DNA of 64,000 nucleotides from an uncultured Acidobacteriota bacterium (GCA_963711795.1 CAVQFD010000007.1:38085-102084); one strand, 5' to 3'. Shown: positions 11,958 through 24,589, counted from the first letter of the stretch. The notes: generated from the letters alone by a model not told the origin. Translations and numbers: made by a program.

Positions 11958-12839
11958 ATGAAGGACGTGAAGAAGCTGATCGAGAAGCTCAGGGTGCGTC
12001 CGGGCCAGAAGGTGTCCCTGAAGCGTCACAGGACGGACTGGACCGCGGGCGTCGAGAAGGCGGACGCGCGACAGCTCCTCGACGAAGGCGTTGCGCAACT
12101 GGCACTTCAGCAGGAGATGCTCTACGCGCAGGACACGTATGCAGTCCTCATCATTTTTCAGGCCATGGATGCGGCGGGGAAGGACGGGACGATCAAGCAC
12201 GTGATGTCCGGGATCAATCCCATGGGCTGCCAGGTCTTCAGCTTCAAGGCGCCGTCGACCGAAGAGCGGGACCATGGTTTCCTCTGGCGGTCCTCGAAGG
12301 CGCTTCCGGAGCGCGGAAGGATTGGCATCCACAACCGTTCGTACTACGAGGAAGTGCTCGTGGTCAGGGTGCACCCGGAGATCCTCCATGCGCAGCAGCT
12401 GCCGGAGCACTTGAAGGGGAGTGGCATCTGGCGTGACCGCTACCGCCAGATCAATCAGTTCGAGCGTTACCTGGTCGACAACGGGACCATCCCGATCAAG
12501 TTCTTCCTGCACGTCTCGAAGGAGGAGCAGCGGCGGCGTTTTCTCGAGCGGATCGACCGGCCGGAGAAGAACTGGAAGTTTTCCGTCAACGATGCCAGGG
12601 AGCGCGCGCGTTGGGATGACTACATGAAGGCCTACGAAGAGGCCTTGACCGAGACCACCACGAAGCACGCTCCCTGGTACATCGTCCCGGCAGACAACAA
12701 ATGGTTCACGCGCGTCGCGGTTGCCGAGATTGTCAACCAGCACCTGAAGAAACTGCGCCTGGCGTTTCCGACGGTCACTGCGGCTCGAAGGAGGGAACTG
12801 CTTCAGGCCCGGCGGACGCTGCTCGGCGAACGGCGCTGA
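11958..12839 (+). CDS. ppk2: Polyphosphate kinase 2 family protein
   Basis: Walker A FQAMDAAGKDG, NRSYYEEVL, KNWKFS, PWYIVPADNKW. Confidence 0.93.
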   Translation: MKDVKKLIEKLRVRPGQKVSLKRHRTDWTAGVEKADARQLLDEGVAQLALQQEMLYAQDTYAVLIIFQAMDAAGKDGTIKHVMSGINPMGCQVFSFKAPSTEERDHGFLWRSSKALPERGRIGIHNRSYYEEVLVVRVHPEILHAQQLPEHLKGSGIWRDRYRQINQFERYLVDNGTIPIKFFLHVSKEEQRRRFLERIDRPEKNWKFSVNDARERARWDDYMKAYEEALTETTTKHAPWYIVPADNKWFTRVAVAEIVNQHLKKLRLAFPTVTAARRRELLQARRTLLGERR

Positions 12840-12860
12840 AGGCCTTCGCCTGGGCCGGAA

Positions 12861-13886
12861 TCAGCTTCTCGGGACCACGCCGAACGCGAGGAGGCTCTCG
12901 CCGCTGGCGGCAACCGCATCCTCGGGCGTGCGGGGTTTCCAGCCGAGCACACGCTCGGCCTTCGCGCTCGTCGCGCGCCGCGTGCTGTCGAGCAGCGGGA
13001 CGAGCGGCTGCATCTTCCGGTTGAACCGGGCGGCGAAGCGGACGAGCCAGCTCGGAAGTTCGCGCGTCGGCACCTTTTTCGCGGCCTCTCCCAGGCGCGC
13101 TTTCAGGACCCGGGCGATGTCGAACATCGACATGATGTCGCCCGACGCGGCGATGAAGCGCTCGCCCTTTGCGGCCGGACTGGTCATCGCGCGCAGGTGA
13201 AGATCGGCCACATCCCTCACATCGACAACGCCGAAGTAGAGCCGGGGGCAGCCGGGCATGCCCTTCAGCAGGCGGGTGATGAGCTCGAGTGAAGACGACG
13301 CGTCCGGCCCGAGCGCCGGCCCGAAGATGCCAACGGGATTGACCGCGGAGAGCTCCAGCGCGCCGCCCTCGGCCGCCATGAAGTCCCACGCGGCACGTTC
13401 CGCGACGGCCTTCGATCGCACGTAGGCGCTCATCTCGCCGGCGGTGTTGGTCCAGCTGGTTTCGTCGAACGGCGCCGCCTGCGGCGGATGTCCGTAGTAG
13501 ATCGCGCCGCACGATGAAGTGAGCACGACCCGCTTGACGCCATGGTCCCTTGCAGCCTTCAGCACCCGCAGCGTGCCGTCGCGGGCCGGCACGATCAGTT
13601 CGTCGTCGGTTTTCGGTGCCGCGGCTGGTATCGGCGAGGCGACGTGCAACACGTAATCGCACCCAGCCACCGCATCGGACCAGCCCGCATCGTGGCCGAG
13701 ATCGGCAGCGAAGAAGGCCAGCCGCTCGCCAGGGTCGGCGCCGCCGTTCTTCAGCAGCAGGCGAACGGCGGCCTCGCGGGTGAGGGAGCGCACTGTGGTG
13801 CGGACGGAATGGCCGGCTTGAAGCAGCTGCAGGATGACGTGGCTCCCAACGAACCCGGAGCCGCCGGTGACCAGTACTGTGCTCAT
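12861..13886 (-). CDS. NAD-dependent epimerase/dehydratase family aldehyde reductase
   Basis: VLVTGGSGFVG, HVASP, YVRSK catalytic motif, VDVRDVA. Confidence 0.9.
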   Translation of the reverse strand: MSTVLVTGGSGFVGSHVILQLLQAGHSVRTTVRSLTREAAVRLLLKNGGADPGERLAFFAADLGHDAGWSDAVAGCDYVLHVASPIPAAAPKTDDELIVPARDGTLRVLKAARDHGVKRVVLTSSCGAIYYGHPPQAAPFDETSWTNTAGEMSAYVRSKAVAERAAWDFMAAEGGALELSAVNPVGIFGPALGPDASSSLELITRLLKGMPGCPRLYFGVVDVRDVADLHLRAMTSPAAKGERFIAASGDIMSMFDIARVLKARLGEAAKKVPTRELPSWLVRFAARFNRKMQPLVPLLDSTRRATSAKAERVLGWKPRTPEDAVAASGESLLAFGVVPRS

Positions 13887-14007
13887 GAAGAAGACCTCTT
13901 CATTCTGCACGAGAAACGGGAGCGGATTGAGACCACGCGATCGGGGTGAGCTGGCGCCCGGAGGGCCGGATTGGGCCTCTCCAGGCGGCCGCGCTCGAGC
14001 CTGATGA

Positions 14008-15247
14008 CTAGTTGCCTCGTATGGTGGCCGAGAAGTTGTACTTGAACGAGAACTGCAGCTTGAGTCCTTCGCCGACGTAGGGATCCTGGAACATCTCGCG
14101 GCGGCCCCACTGCAGCTCCGCGCCGACCATCACCCCGGGCACCGGCGTGTAGAGCAGGTTGCCGAGCATGTACTGGCCCAGCCGGTACGCATCGGGGGCC
14201 TGGCCCTCCGTGTTGTCGATGTCCTGGTGCGAGTAACCCACCGCCGTCGACCACTGGCTGTTCCAGTTGTGATCCAGGAAGATCACGGTGCCGAGGAGCG
14301 GAATCGCCTCGCCTTTGATGGGCGTCACGAGGTTGCCGGGGTTGCGGACGATGCCGACGTCGACCGGCGCGTCGTTCATGTAGTTCTGGATGCCTTCGCC
14401 GTAGACCAGCTGGCCGCGGATCGTGGAGCTCGAGCCAAGCTTGATGTTCGTGCTGAAGTTGAGGCCCCAGCGCGTCGCACTGCCCGACAGGTCGAAGGCA
14501 TCGTCGCGCAGGTCATCCCACTCCATCCGGCCGAGCAGCCCCGCCACTTCGACGTAGCCCTTGGGCCCCCCATGCGGTACTCGCGCCGTGAGGTCGGGCA
14601 GCGGGATGCGCGCCCTGGACGTCCTGGAGCTCGATGCGGTCCGCGAGCAGGCCGGCGTCGCCGCTCGCGCCCGGCCGCTCGAGCGCAATGGTGAGGCGCG
14701 TGTCGCCCTGGATGGGCATACACCGCACCTGCACGTTCCGGAAGAACACCATGCCGGTCGGGCCCCAGTACTCGAGCGAGTTCGGGAAGACGTCGATGTC
14801 CATGAACGGGCTCCAGGTCTGGCCCGCCCCCCACTGGCCGAGCTCGCCGTAGGCGTGCCGCAGCCGGAACGTCGTCTGGCCTTCGTCCACGCCCGTGCCG
14901 AACATTTCGAACTCGAACGTGGTCCGCAGCTCGCCCATCGAGGTGGGCACGAAGCCCTTGACGCCCAGGCGGGTCTGGCGCACGCCGGCGAAGGTGCTCC
15001 CGTCCTCGCCGAACTCCTGGTCGAAGGACGGCAGGCGGTTGATGCGCATCGTGTCGTACCAGTTCGGGTCGATCGTCTTGAAGTTGAGGCCCATGTCGAG
15101 CATCGCAAACCCGTAGACGTCCATGCGCGGGCCCTCGGCTGCAGCCGGCTGCGCCTGCGCGGTTGACGGTGCTCCGATCAGGCCGATCAGCAGGAGCACG
15201 GCCAGACCGACGCCGCTGGCGTATCGGCAGCCCTTTCTCTGTCGCAT
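14008..15247 (-). CDS. DcaP-like outer membrane porin (frameshift near 14600)
   Basis: Signal peptide ending AQA, VYGFAMLD, RQTRLG, FEFEMFG, RLRHAYGELG, GQTWSPFMD, ELQWGRRE, LQFSFKYNF. Confidence 0.82.
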
Positions 15248-15311
15248 GTGAAATCCTCCTCGATCAGGTCGGGTCAAATCGGGTTCCACGCCCGATGCAG
15301 GTCTCGACTCA

Positions 15312-15327
15312 AGCACGGGGAATGCCA
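15312..15327 (-). promoter_or_regulatory. Putative sigma-54 promoter for the DcaP-like porin
   Basis: Minus strand TGGCATTCCCCGTGCT (GG-N10-GC), about 65 nt upstream of the start. Confidence 0.7.
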
Positions 15328-15613
15328 CCATCCTGATTCGATCGAGCCGTCAGCCAGGCACACCATTCCGGGCCTTGCGTCGTGCATGCGCACGCGGTCG
15401 ACTGCCTCGATTCGGGCGGGGCACGAAGTCCCCGAGGCACCTCTTAGCGATCCGATATTCCGGAGGATCTTCCGGTGGATGTGCAGGCTGAACGTCTCTG
15501 CCGCCCCTCTCACCGACAATCGAGTCGCTTAGTGCTGCTCTTGTCAGATAAGAATCGCGCCATCAGGATTGCCGCCGCGGAGTTCACTGTGCAAACAAAA
15601 AACCAACTTTCAG

Positions 15614-15629
15614 TGGCACATCCCGTGCA
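15614..15629 (+). promoter_or_regulatory. Putative sigma-54 promoter for the asparaginase unit
   Basis: TGGCACATCCCGTGCA (GG-N10-GC) preceded by an A-tract at 15593-15602. Confidence 0.72.
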
Positions 15630-15722
15630 CAATATGCTCACCGTGCCGCACGCAGGCGAGCACGTTCCAGTCCAGCGCGGTAAGGCGAGTGATGAGAAGC
15701 AATGATCAAACGCCAGGCGTAG

Positions 15723-16928
<1,206 letters not shown>

Positions 16929-16959
16929 GAGCGCGAGCGACTGCACAGGACTCCGGGCG

Positions 16960-18281
16960 CGAGGGGAACTGCTGAGGCGTGCGCGCGCTGGCAGGTGCCC
17001 TGGCTGGGCATCGCGTCCTGGTCGGCCCGTCCGGCAACGCGCTGGCCCAGCAGCCGGCGCAGCGACGACCGCAGCCCGATCCGTCACAACCCGCCGCCAT
17101 CGACGACACGATCACGCGGGCGAGGCCGAGAACGAGGCGCCCGCGCGGAAACTGGTGAACTGGAACGAGTACGAGGGCCGCTCGGATCGATCCGCTTCGG
17201 TGTTCGGCTTGCTGTGCGACTACGCCGACTACAGCCAGGACGACAACAGCAAGGAGCAGTTCGATCTGCTCGCCGCGGACAAGCTCAGCGACTTCCGCTT
17301 CCTGCTGTCAGGGACGCCTCAGGTTCAAGCGCCCGACGACCTGGAGCGCCGGGATCATGTACGACGCGCCAACAAGACAGTGGGTGATGCGGCAGACCGG
17401 CATCATGGTCGCCGTCCCCGAAATCTGGGGCCACATCTTCGTCGGCCGGACCAAGGAAGGCTTCTCGCTGAACAAGGTCATGATCGGGTACGGCGGGCTG
17501 GACCATGGAACGGACGCCGATGAACGACGCGACGATGCCGATCCTCGCCGACGGCATCAAGTGGCTCGGCTACGTCGCCGAAGGCGCCATGTCATCTGGA
17601 ACCTGGGGTTCTACGGGGATGCCATGTCGGAAGGGCAGACCTTCTCCACGTACGAAAACCAGGTCGCGGGCCGTGTCGCCTGGCTGCCGATGCTGTCGCC
17701 GAGACGGCGGACAATCTCCTCCACCTGGGCATGAACGCGCGCTACGGCAAGGCCAAGGACGGGCAAGATCCGCCTGCGTGCCCGGCCCGGGGCCTGGCCG
17801 GCGCCGTACTTCGATCGACACCGGGGAGTTCGCCGCGAAGAACAGCACCATGACCGGGCGTGGAGATCTACTACCGGCCGGGCCGCTTCACGATGGGTTC
17901 GGAGTACTTCTTCCAGACCGTCGACGCGCCCGAGTCCGGCGATCCGTTCTTCCACGGCGGCGACGTTTTCGCCACGTGGCTGATCACTGGTGAGACGCGC
18001 ACCTACAACACGCGCGGCGGCTACTTCAACAGATTCGCCGCAGCGCACGGTCTTCTCCGGCGGCCCCGGCGCCTGGGAGATCGTCGCGCACTATTCCTAC
18101 ACGGATCTCGACGCGCGGCACGCTGACGGGCGGCAAGTTCTGGCGATTCACGCCGATGGTGAACTGGTACCTGTCCGACAACGTGCGCCTCGAGGGCGCC
18201 TACGGCTACGGCTCGCTGAATCGTTTCGGCACCGTCGGCAAGACGCAGTTCTTCCAGACCCGCATTCAGCTTCAGCTGTAG
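16960..18281 (+). CDS. OprO/OprP-like porin, multiple frameshifts, start approximate
   Basis: Fragments FVGRTKEGFSL, MERTPMNDA, WLITGETRTYN, GAWEIVAHYSYTDL, TPMVNWYLSDNVRL, terminal TRIQLQL. Confidence 0.75.
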
Positions 18282-18428
18282 TGGCCGCTACGGCCCACCG
18301 GAGTTTTTGGGCTTCGGTCGGAGGTGGCCCGGACTATTTGGTGAGGCCTCCCTCGCTTTGGGCGGCCTCTGGACCCCACGCGGGGCTGATTTTCAGCACT
18401 GTCCTGCGTCCGATTCGTCAGGGTTGTC

Positions 18429-18444
18429 TGGCACAAGTCCTGCT
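18429..18444 (+). promoter_or_regulatory. Putative sigma-54 promoter for the serine dehydratase unit
   Basis: TGGCACAAGTCCTGCT (GG-N10-GC), about 150 nt upstream of ATG 18594. Confidence 0.75.
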
Positions 18445-18593
18445 AAAGTCAACACGCCTGTCCACCGCGAGCCCACGTCGTCATGACTGCCTTGAGATCT
18501 GCGCATTTAGAAGTAAGAGACTGAAACAACCGTCAGCCCACTCGCGGTTCTATCGCCGGTCGGCACAAGAATTCAAAGGAGCTGGAGAAATAC

Positions 18594-20225
18594 ATGTCCA
18601 ACAATGACGACGTGAAAAACGACAACCGTGGTCCGTTCGACGGTGTGCCACAGGTGCCATCGGAAATTCCGACTGGCGTCGACCGTCGGAAATTCATCAT
18701 GCGCAGCGCCGTGATCTCGGCAGCAGCCGTGATGACCGGCTGCACGCGATCGGAGACTGAACAAAAGGCCCCGCCGCCGGCAGCCGAAGCTCCAGCGGGG
18801 TCCGCTGCGCCCTCTGTCCCGTTGGCTCCCGACTTGAACGTGGTGATGAAGGCCAAGGGCCCGGTGTTGACGACGGTGGACGAGTTCTACAAGGTGGGGC
18901 CTGGCCCTTCCAGTTCGCACACCATTGGTCCGATGCGCATCACCTACGATTTCTACCAGCGAGCCGCCGCGCTGCCGGCCGACAAAACAGCCACGGCGAC
19001 GAAGCTTCAGGTGAACCTGTTCGGAAGCCTCAGCGCGACGGGCAAGGGACACGGCACGGAACGAGCCGCGCTCGCAGGGCTGGTCGGGAAAGAGCCGGCA
19101 ACGGTTGACCCTCTGTTTCTGGATAGCCTGCGAGACAAGCCTGACCAGGTGTTCCCGGTGAAGCTGGGCGCCAAGTCCATCGATGTGAGCCTCAAGGACG
19201 TCATCTACGATGCCACCAAGGGCGACTTCAAGCACCCGAACACGATGACGGTCAAGCTCCTCGCCGGCAACGATGTGCTGCTGGAGCAGGAGTACTACTC
19301 AGTGGGCGGCGGATTCATCGAGTGGAAGGGGTATACGCCGCCGAAGAAGAACCCGCCGAAGTACCCGTTCGCGACGATGAAGGAGCTGCGCGCGCACGCC
19401 GACAACAACAAGACCACAATCGCCAAGGTCATGCTTGCCAACGAGATGTCGATCACAGGCAGATCGGAAGCGGAGGTGTATGCCTTCGTCGACAAGATCA
19501 TCAACGCGATGGTCGCGACGGTAAAGTCGGGGCTTTCGATGCCGGAAGATGACGTGCTGCCTGGTCCGATCAAGCTGCATAGCAAGGCAGCGACCGTCTA
19601 CAAGCGCGTCATGAACGACAAGATCGAATCAGACCGCGGTATCGGTGCTCTGTCGGCGTTCGCAATTGCGGCATCCGAAGAAAACGGGCGCGGCCACCTC
19701 GTGATCACCGCTCCAACCGGCGGTTCCGCCGGAGTGATGCCGGCCCTGGTCTATGGGCTGCTCCAGGTCCGGAAGGTCGAACTGCAGAAGGTCCGTGACG
19801 GCATGCTCGCCGCTGCGGCGATTGGCTATCTCTGCAAGCACCATGCGACGCTGTCTGCGGCCGAGGGTGGCTGCCAGGCGGAGATCGGCGTGGCGTCGTC
19901 GATGGCTGCCGCATTGACCGCGACCGTGTATGACGCACCATCGCTGGTAGTCGAGAACGCGGCCGAATCGGCCCTGGAACATCACCTCGGCATGACATGC
20001 GACCCGGTCGCCGGTTACGTGCAGGTTCCGTGCATCGAGCGCTGCGCCTTCGGCGCGGTCAAGGCCTGGACGGCCTTCGCGATCGCCAGCAACGAGATCG
20101 CGTCCAGGCACCGTGTCAGCTTCGACGAGACCGTACTGGCACTGGCCCAGACCGCGAAAGAGATGAACAGCAAGTACAAGGAAACAAGCGAGGCTGGTCT
20201 CGCTCTCTCCGTCGTGCTCTGTTGA
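18594..20225 (+). CDS. sdaA: Fe-S L-serine ammonia-lyase (single-chain SdaA type) with N-terminal Tat lipoprotein signal
   Basis: KVGPGPSSSHTIGPM, LFGSLSATGKGHGT, YSVGGGFI, APTGGSAGV, GGCQAEIG, LGMTCDPVAGYVQVPCIER; N-terminal DRRKFI...AAAVMTGC. Confidence 0.95.
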   Translation: MSNNDDVKNDNRGPFDGVPQVPSEIPTGVDRRKFIMRSAVISAAAVMTGCTRSETEQKAPPPAAEAPAGSAAPSVPLAPDLNVVMKAKGPVLTTVDEFYKVGPGPSSSHTIGPMRITYDFYQRAAALPADKTATATKLQVNLFGSLSATGKGHGTERAALAGLVGKEPATVDPLFLDSLRDKPDQVFPVKLGAKSIDVSLKDVIYDATKGDFKHPNTMTVKLLAGNDVLLEQEYYSVGGGFIEWKGYTPPKKNPPKYPFATMKELRAHADNNKTTIAKVMLANEMSITGRSEAEVYAFVDKIINAMVATVKSGLSMPEDDVLPGPIKLHSKAATVYKRVMNDKIESDRGIGALSAFAIAASEENGRGHLVITAPTGGSAGVMPALVYGLLQVRKVELQKVRDGMLAAAAIGYLCKHHATLSAAEGGCQAEIGVASSMAAALTATVYDAPSLVVENAAESALEHHLGMTCDPVAGYVQVPCIERCAFGAVKAWTAFAIASNEIASRHRVSFDETVLALAQTAKEMNSKYKETSEAGLALSVVLC

Positions 20226-20232
20226 TCGAATG

Positions 20233-20277
20233 GGCTCCTCGCTCGAACTCGGCTTGAGGAGGGTTCGGCGAGGAGCC
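20233..20277 (+). terminator. Hairpin after sdaA, possible intrinsic terminator or mRNA stabiliser
   Basis: GGCTCCTCGC...GCGAGGAGCC stem extended by CGAAC/GTTCG, followed by TTCACTTCTT. Confidence 0.6.
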
Positions 20278-20390
20278 TTCACTTCTTCCCGGCGATGGCT
20301 CGCCAACTCACGGGCTACTCCATCGCTTCGTGAGTGTCGCAGGCCCTGTACTCCAAACAAAACGGATTGGCTCCGGGAGGGCGATTAAAC

Positions 20391-21765
20391 GTGTCGATAC
20401 CCCGTGCATTCACGGCTTCGGTCGCATTGGCGTTGACGTTCGTTCCGTTGCTCGCGACTCCTGCCTCCGGACAGTCTCCTGCAGCCCCGCCAGACAGCAC
20501 CGTCGCCGTTTCAGAAGACACAGCAAAGTACTTCAGTGCAGGCGGCATCCGCTGCCGCACCACCGGCAAACGACGATCGTTACAGAGATGGAATTGTCAT
20601 CTGGGAAACGCCTGCAGACGCCCAGGTGCCTTTCCTGTTGCGATTCAACATCAACACCCAGCTCCGATATCTGAATACACTTTCGTCGGACGAAACTTAC
20701 ACCGACCATCTCGGCGTTGTCCGTGAAGTTAACAGGCGCAACGACATCACGGTCAATCGCGCGATGTTCATCCTGGGCGGTTACATTTTCGACCAGAGGG
20801 CGCGATACAGCTTCACGGTCTGGACGTCCGCAGGGGCCGCCTCGATCATCGTCGCCTCGAACATTGGCTGGCAATTCCACAGGGCCCTGACGGTCACTGC
20901 GGGTTACACCGGGGTTCCAGGCAGTCGATCGCTGGTCAACACATTTCCATTTTTTCAGGCGATCGACCGGACCATGTCGGATAACTTCTTCCGTCCCGGC
21001 TTCACCCAGGGCGCCTGGGCCAACGGAGAAGTCGTGACGAACCTGCACTATCTGGCGTTCGTCGGCAACGGTCTCAATACCTTGAATATCTCGGCGACCA
21101 AGATCGATTCGAATCTGCTCACGTCCGGAAGTGTCTGGTGGGAACCGATGGGACCCTACGGAGAACCGGGCAAATCACGAAACATGTACGACGACTATTT
21201 CTCCTCCAGGAAGGCTCGTATTCGAATTGGCACCTCGTTTACGAGGTCGCGCGAGGACCGTTTCTCGAATCTCGATCAATCAAGTCCTGAGAACACCTCA
21301 CTGTACAATTCCGACGGCGTGCTGACCTTTTCGACCGGAGCGTTTGCGCCGGGCGTAACGGTCGACAAGGCGTTGTACAAGATGTGGGCCGTCGACGCCG
21401 GCATCAAATGGAACGGGCTCGCGGTCAACGGGCGGTACTTCACGCGCTGGCTCGGTGATTTCGTCGCCACCGAACGGCTTGAGCTCGAGTCCACGTTTGA
21501 CCACGGCATTGAGTGGACAGCGGGTCATTTCGTAATTCCCAGGAAGCTCCAGGTGTATGGCCGCGGGGGCCACGTCTTCGGACACTTTGGCGACTCTTCC
21601 GAGTATGGCGGCGGGGTCAGGTGGTATTACCTGCCGACCGAGCGACTGTGGCTCAACCCGGAGCTGCTCCGGGTCAACAAAGCTCCTTACAGCGGCGCCT
21701 TTACCCCGTATACGGCGGGTCTCAACGGGTGGGTGCCGATGCTGCAGGTGGTCCTCGCCTTTTAA
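20391..21765 (+). CDS. Hypothetical outer-membrane beta-barrel protein (frameshift near 20530)
   Basis: Signal peptide in one frame, then aromatic-rich amphipathic strands and C-terminal Phe (LQVVLAF). Confidence 0.7.
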
Positions 21766-21837
21766 CCCCACGGGTACCGCCGCGGCTGCAGGGGCGTCCC
21801 GCTCTAACTCAGCCAACTGAAAAATCCGGCAGGACGG

Positions 21838-21853
21838 TGGAAGGCGAATTGCT
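21838..21853 (+). promoter_or_regulatory. Putative sigma-54 promoter for the ABM gene
   Basis: TGGAAGGCGAATTGCT (GG-N10-GC, perfect TTGCT); predicted +1 falls about at the ATG. Confidence 0.5.
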
Positions 21854-21864
21854 AAGGCACAGGC

Positions 21865-22188
21865 ATGGTCCGGCTGCATGTCGCCCTTGGCGCGGCGCCC
21901 CGACGGGCACAGGCGATCGCCGAGGCCCTGCAGTCCATGCAGATTTCAACGAGGCTCGAGCGGGGGTGCCTGGGCTGCAGCGTCTGGCAGGAGGGAGACG
22001 GCCAGGTGCACTACAGCGAGGAATGGGCGACTGAGGACGATTTACAGGCGCGGGTTCGATCGCCGCGGTTCGTCTCGTTGATCTCGCTGATGGAAGCGGC
22101 CAGCGAGCCTCCGAAGGTCCAGTTCCAGTTCGTTGAGCGGACGCGCGGGCTCGAGTACGTGGAGGAGGTTCGAGGCCCGGGCGATTGA
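21865..22188 (+). CDS. Antibiotic biosynthesis monooxygenase (ABM)-like dimeric barrel protein
   Basis: 107 aa, TRLERGCLGCSVW, YSEEWATEDDLQARVRS. Confidence 0.72.
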   Translation: MVRLHVALGAAPRRAQAIAEALQSMQISTRLERGCLGCSVWQEGDGQVHYSEEWATEDDLQARVRSPRFVSLISLMEAASEPPKVQFQFVERTRGLEYVEEVRGPGD

Positions 22189-22268
22189 GACCGCTCTGGC
22201 GCGGCAGGCGACCTCCTGCCGCGACGGTATTCCGGGGGAACTCCGGTGCCGGGCGCCGCGGCTGGCCC

Positions 22269-24032
22269 TCACGCGCCTGGACGGCGTATTCCCAGCTTGG
22301 TCATGCGCGTTTCGAGCGTCGTCGGCTTGAGGCCCAGGCGCTCGGCCGCCCCGCCTTCGCCCCTGATACGCCAGCCGGCGAGCTCGAGGACGCTGCGGAT
22401 GTGATCGTACTCGACGTCGGTCAGCCTTGCGCTTCGTCTCGCCGCTGGCGCCTTTTGCGGCGGCGCGACCTGGGCCGGCAGCGGGATTGCCAGTCGAGGG
22501 CCTGTCGCGACAATCATCGCGCGTTCCACGACATTACGAAGCTCCCGGATATTGCCCGGCCAGGCGTACTTCTGAAGCGCGGCCATGGTCTCGCGCGGAA
22601 TCGTGTCCACCCGCTTGCCGAACGCCTTCGAAAACTCCTCGACGAAGCGCCAGACGAGCATGGGAATGTCCTCAAACCGGTCCCGCAAGGGCGGCACCTG
22701 GATCGGGAACACGTTGAGCCGGTAGAACAGGTCCTCCCGGAAGTCGTCGCTGGCAATCCGCTGCTCCAGGTTCCGGTGCGTGGCCGCGATGATCCGCACG
22801 TCCACATGGATGCCCCTGGGGTTTCCGAGACGCTCGATCTGCCGCTCTTCGAGCACCCGCAGCAGCTTGACCTGGATCTCGGCCGGAACATCGCCGATCT
22901 CGTCGAGGAAGATCGTCGAGTGATCGGCGAGCTCGAAGCGCCCGATCTGCCGTGCCAGCGCGCCGGTGAAGGCGCCCTTGTCGCGGCCGAACAGCTCGCT
23001 TTCCATCAGCGTCGCGGGGATCGCCGAGCAGTTCACGCGGACCATCGGCCGCCCGCGGCGGGCGCTCATCTCGTGGATCTGCGTCGCGAACAGTTCCTTG
23101 CCTGTGCCCGTCTCTCCTAGCAGCAGGACCGTGGAGTCGGTGGCGGCCACCTGCCGGATCTGATCCAGGACACCACGCACTGCCGTGCTCTGCCCGACGA
23201 CGATTCCGCTGCTGAACCCGTCCTGGATACCGGGACGCGGCGCTCGCGCCTCTGCCTGCCAGTCATCGGGTGAGCGGGGTACCTGCACGGCCGTCGCGTA
23301 GCCCCGAGCAGGCTGCGTCCGCAGCACCTGAAGCTCGTCGCGCGCCTCCTGCAACGACCTGAGAGACGCCTGGCGTGCCAGCGCCTGGCCGATGACGGCC
23401 GAGGCGAGCTTCAACTGGTTGACGAGGGCGGGCGTCCATGGTTGCGCACGCATCGAGGCCACACCAAGCGCTCTCCGCGTTCCAGAGGTGTCGGCCGGCA
23501 ACAATGGCACCACCACCATCGATCGGAGATCGCAGCGTTCAAACGCCTCGCGGTCAACGATGTCGGAGAGATCGTCGACGCTTCCGAACCAGCCCGGCTC
23601 CCCGGCATCCAGCTTCGCAGCAACGAAAGACGTGCTGGCGAGAGCCGGCGGTTCTGGCGCCGCCGGGTCACGGCGCACGATCCAGTAATGGGTGGCGACC
23701 ACGGGCGCGTCGGCGCGCGCCCTTTGCCACAAGAACGTGCGGTCGAGGGCCAGCAGATCGGCGATTCCTTTCAGGGCGTCGAGGATTGCGCGGTCGATGG
23801 CATCGGGATCCTCGGCGACAGCCCGCGAGGCCAGGTCGGTCATCAGGGACTGCACCGCGATGAGATCGCTCAGCTCCATGACACGTCCCAGGCTCATGAT
23901 CGTGTCCTCGCGCTCCTGGTGCGCGGCTTTCACAGTGTCTCCAACGCCCGCGAAAATGGCGCGGTCTCTGAGCGTCGCCCAGGTCATCCCGTCGTCCAGC
24001 CAGTACGCCTTCATTTCAGCAGTTAGAGACAT
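22269..24032 (-). CDS. Sigma-54 enhancer-binding protein (GAF-like, AAA+, HTH; FhlA-like)
   Basis: [57 protein letters not shown]. Confidence 0.95.
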   Translation of the reverse strand: MSLTAEMKAYWLDDGMTWATLRDRAIFAGVGDTVKAAHQEREDTIMSLGRVMELSDLIAVQSLMTDLASRAVAEDPDAIDRAILDALKGIADLLALDRTFLWQRARADAPVVATHYWIVRRDPAAPEPPALASTSFVAAKLDAGEPGWFGSVDDLSDIVDREAFERCDLRSMVVVPLLPADTSGTRRALGVASMRAQPWTPALVNQLKLASAVIGQALARQASLRSLQEARDELQVLRTQPARGYATAVQVPRSPDDWQAEARAPRPGIQDGFSSGIVVGQSTAVRGVLDQIRQVAATDSTVLLLGETGTGKELFATQIHEMSARRGRPMVRVNCSAIPATLMESELFGRDKGAFTGALARQIGRFELADHSTIFLDEIGDVPAEIQVKLLRVLEERQIERLGNPRGIHVDVRIIAATHRNLEQRIASDDFREDLFYRLNVFPIQVPPLRDRFEDIPMLVWRFVEEFSKAFGKRVDTIPRETMAALQKYAWPGNIRELRNVVERAMIVATGPRLAIPLPAQVAPPQKAPAARRSARLTDVEYDHIRSVLELAGWRIRGEGGAAERLGLKPTTLETRMTKLGIRRPGA

Positions 24033-24053
24033 GATGATGCCCTCAGTGCGAGG

Positions 24054-24452
24054 TTATGCGGCAGCCTGACTTCGAACGGCCGCGCGGAGCGTTTCCGACG
24101 GCGCTTCGCCGAACGCCGCTCTGTACGCGGCTGAAAACCGACCGAGCTCGTAGAATCCGTACCGGGTTGCAATATCGGTCACGGTGACGGCCCGCCGCTC
24201 GTCGGCGACGAGTGCCATCCGCGTGGCCAGCAGCCGTTCCGCCAGCAGCCAGCGCGTGGGGCTCATGCCATGCACGGTGTAGAAGGCGCTGCGCAGGCCG
24301 CGCTCGCTGCGTCCGAGCATTCGACACAGCCTCGAGATCGACACGCGGTCGGCCAGGTGGTTCCGCAGGTAGACCTCTGCGCAATCGACCACCGCCTGGC
24401 GCGATTCCCGTGCCCTCGCGTAACCGCCCCGGTTGCCACCTGTCAGTCCCAT
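24054..24452 (-). CDS. Short AraC family regulator (essentially HTH domain only)
   Basis: SERGLRSAF, GMSPTRWL, VTDIATRYGFYELGRFSAAYRAAFGEAPSETL. Confidence 0.85.
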   Translation of the reverse strand: MGLTGGNRGGYARARESRQAVVDCAEVYLRNHLADRVSISRLCRMLGRSERGLRSAFYTVHGMSPTRWLLAERLLATRMALVADERRAVTVTDIATRYGFYELGRFSAAYRAAFGEAPSETLRAAVRSQAAA

Positions 24453-24589
24453 GAGCGGATAACCTACTGAAGGACCGTGACTTCGAGAACTCGGCGATCT
24501 GTCAGGATTGTGTCGAAAAACTAACAGTATCCACCCTGTCATATTTACCAGGCCCCGGGAATCTGAGAGGATGGGCCTCCCTGAGACGC

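Noticed and set aside
11958-13886. ppk2 and the reductase as part of the sigma-54 locus
   Set aside because: No -24/-12 motif found upstream of ppk2; adjacency alone is insufficient
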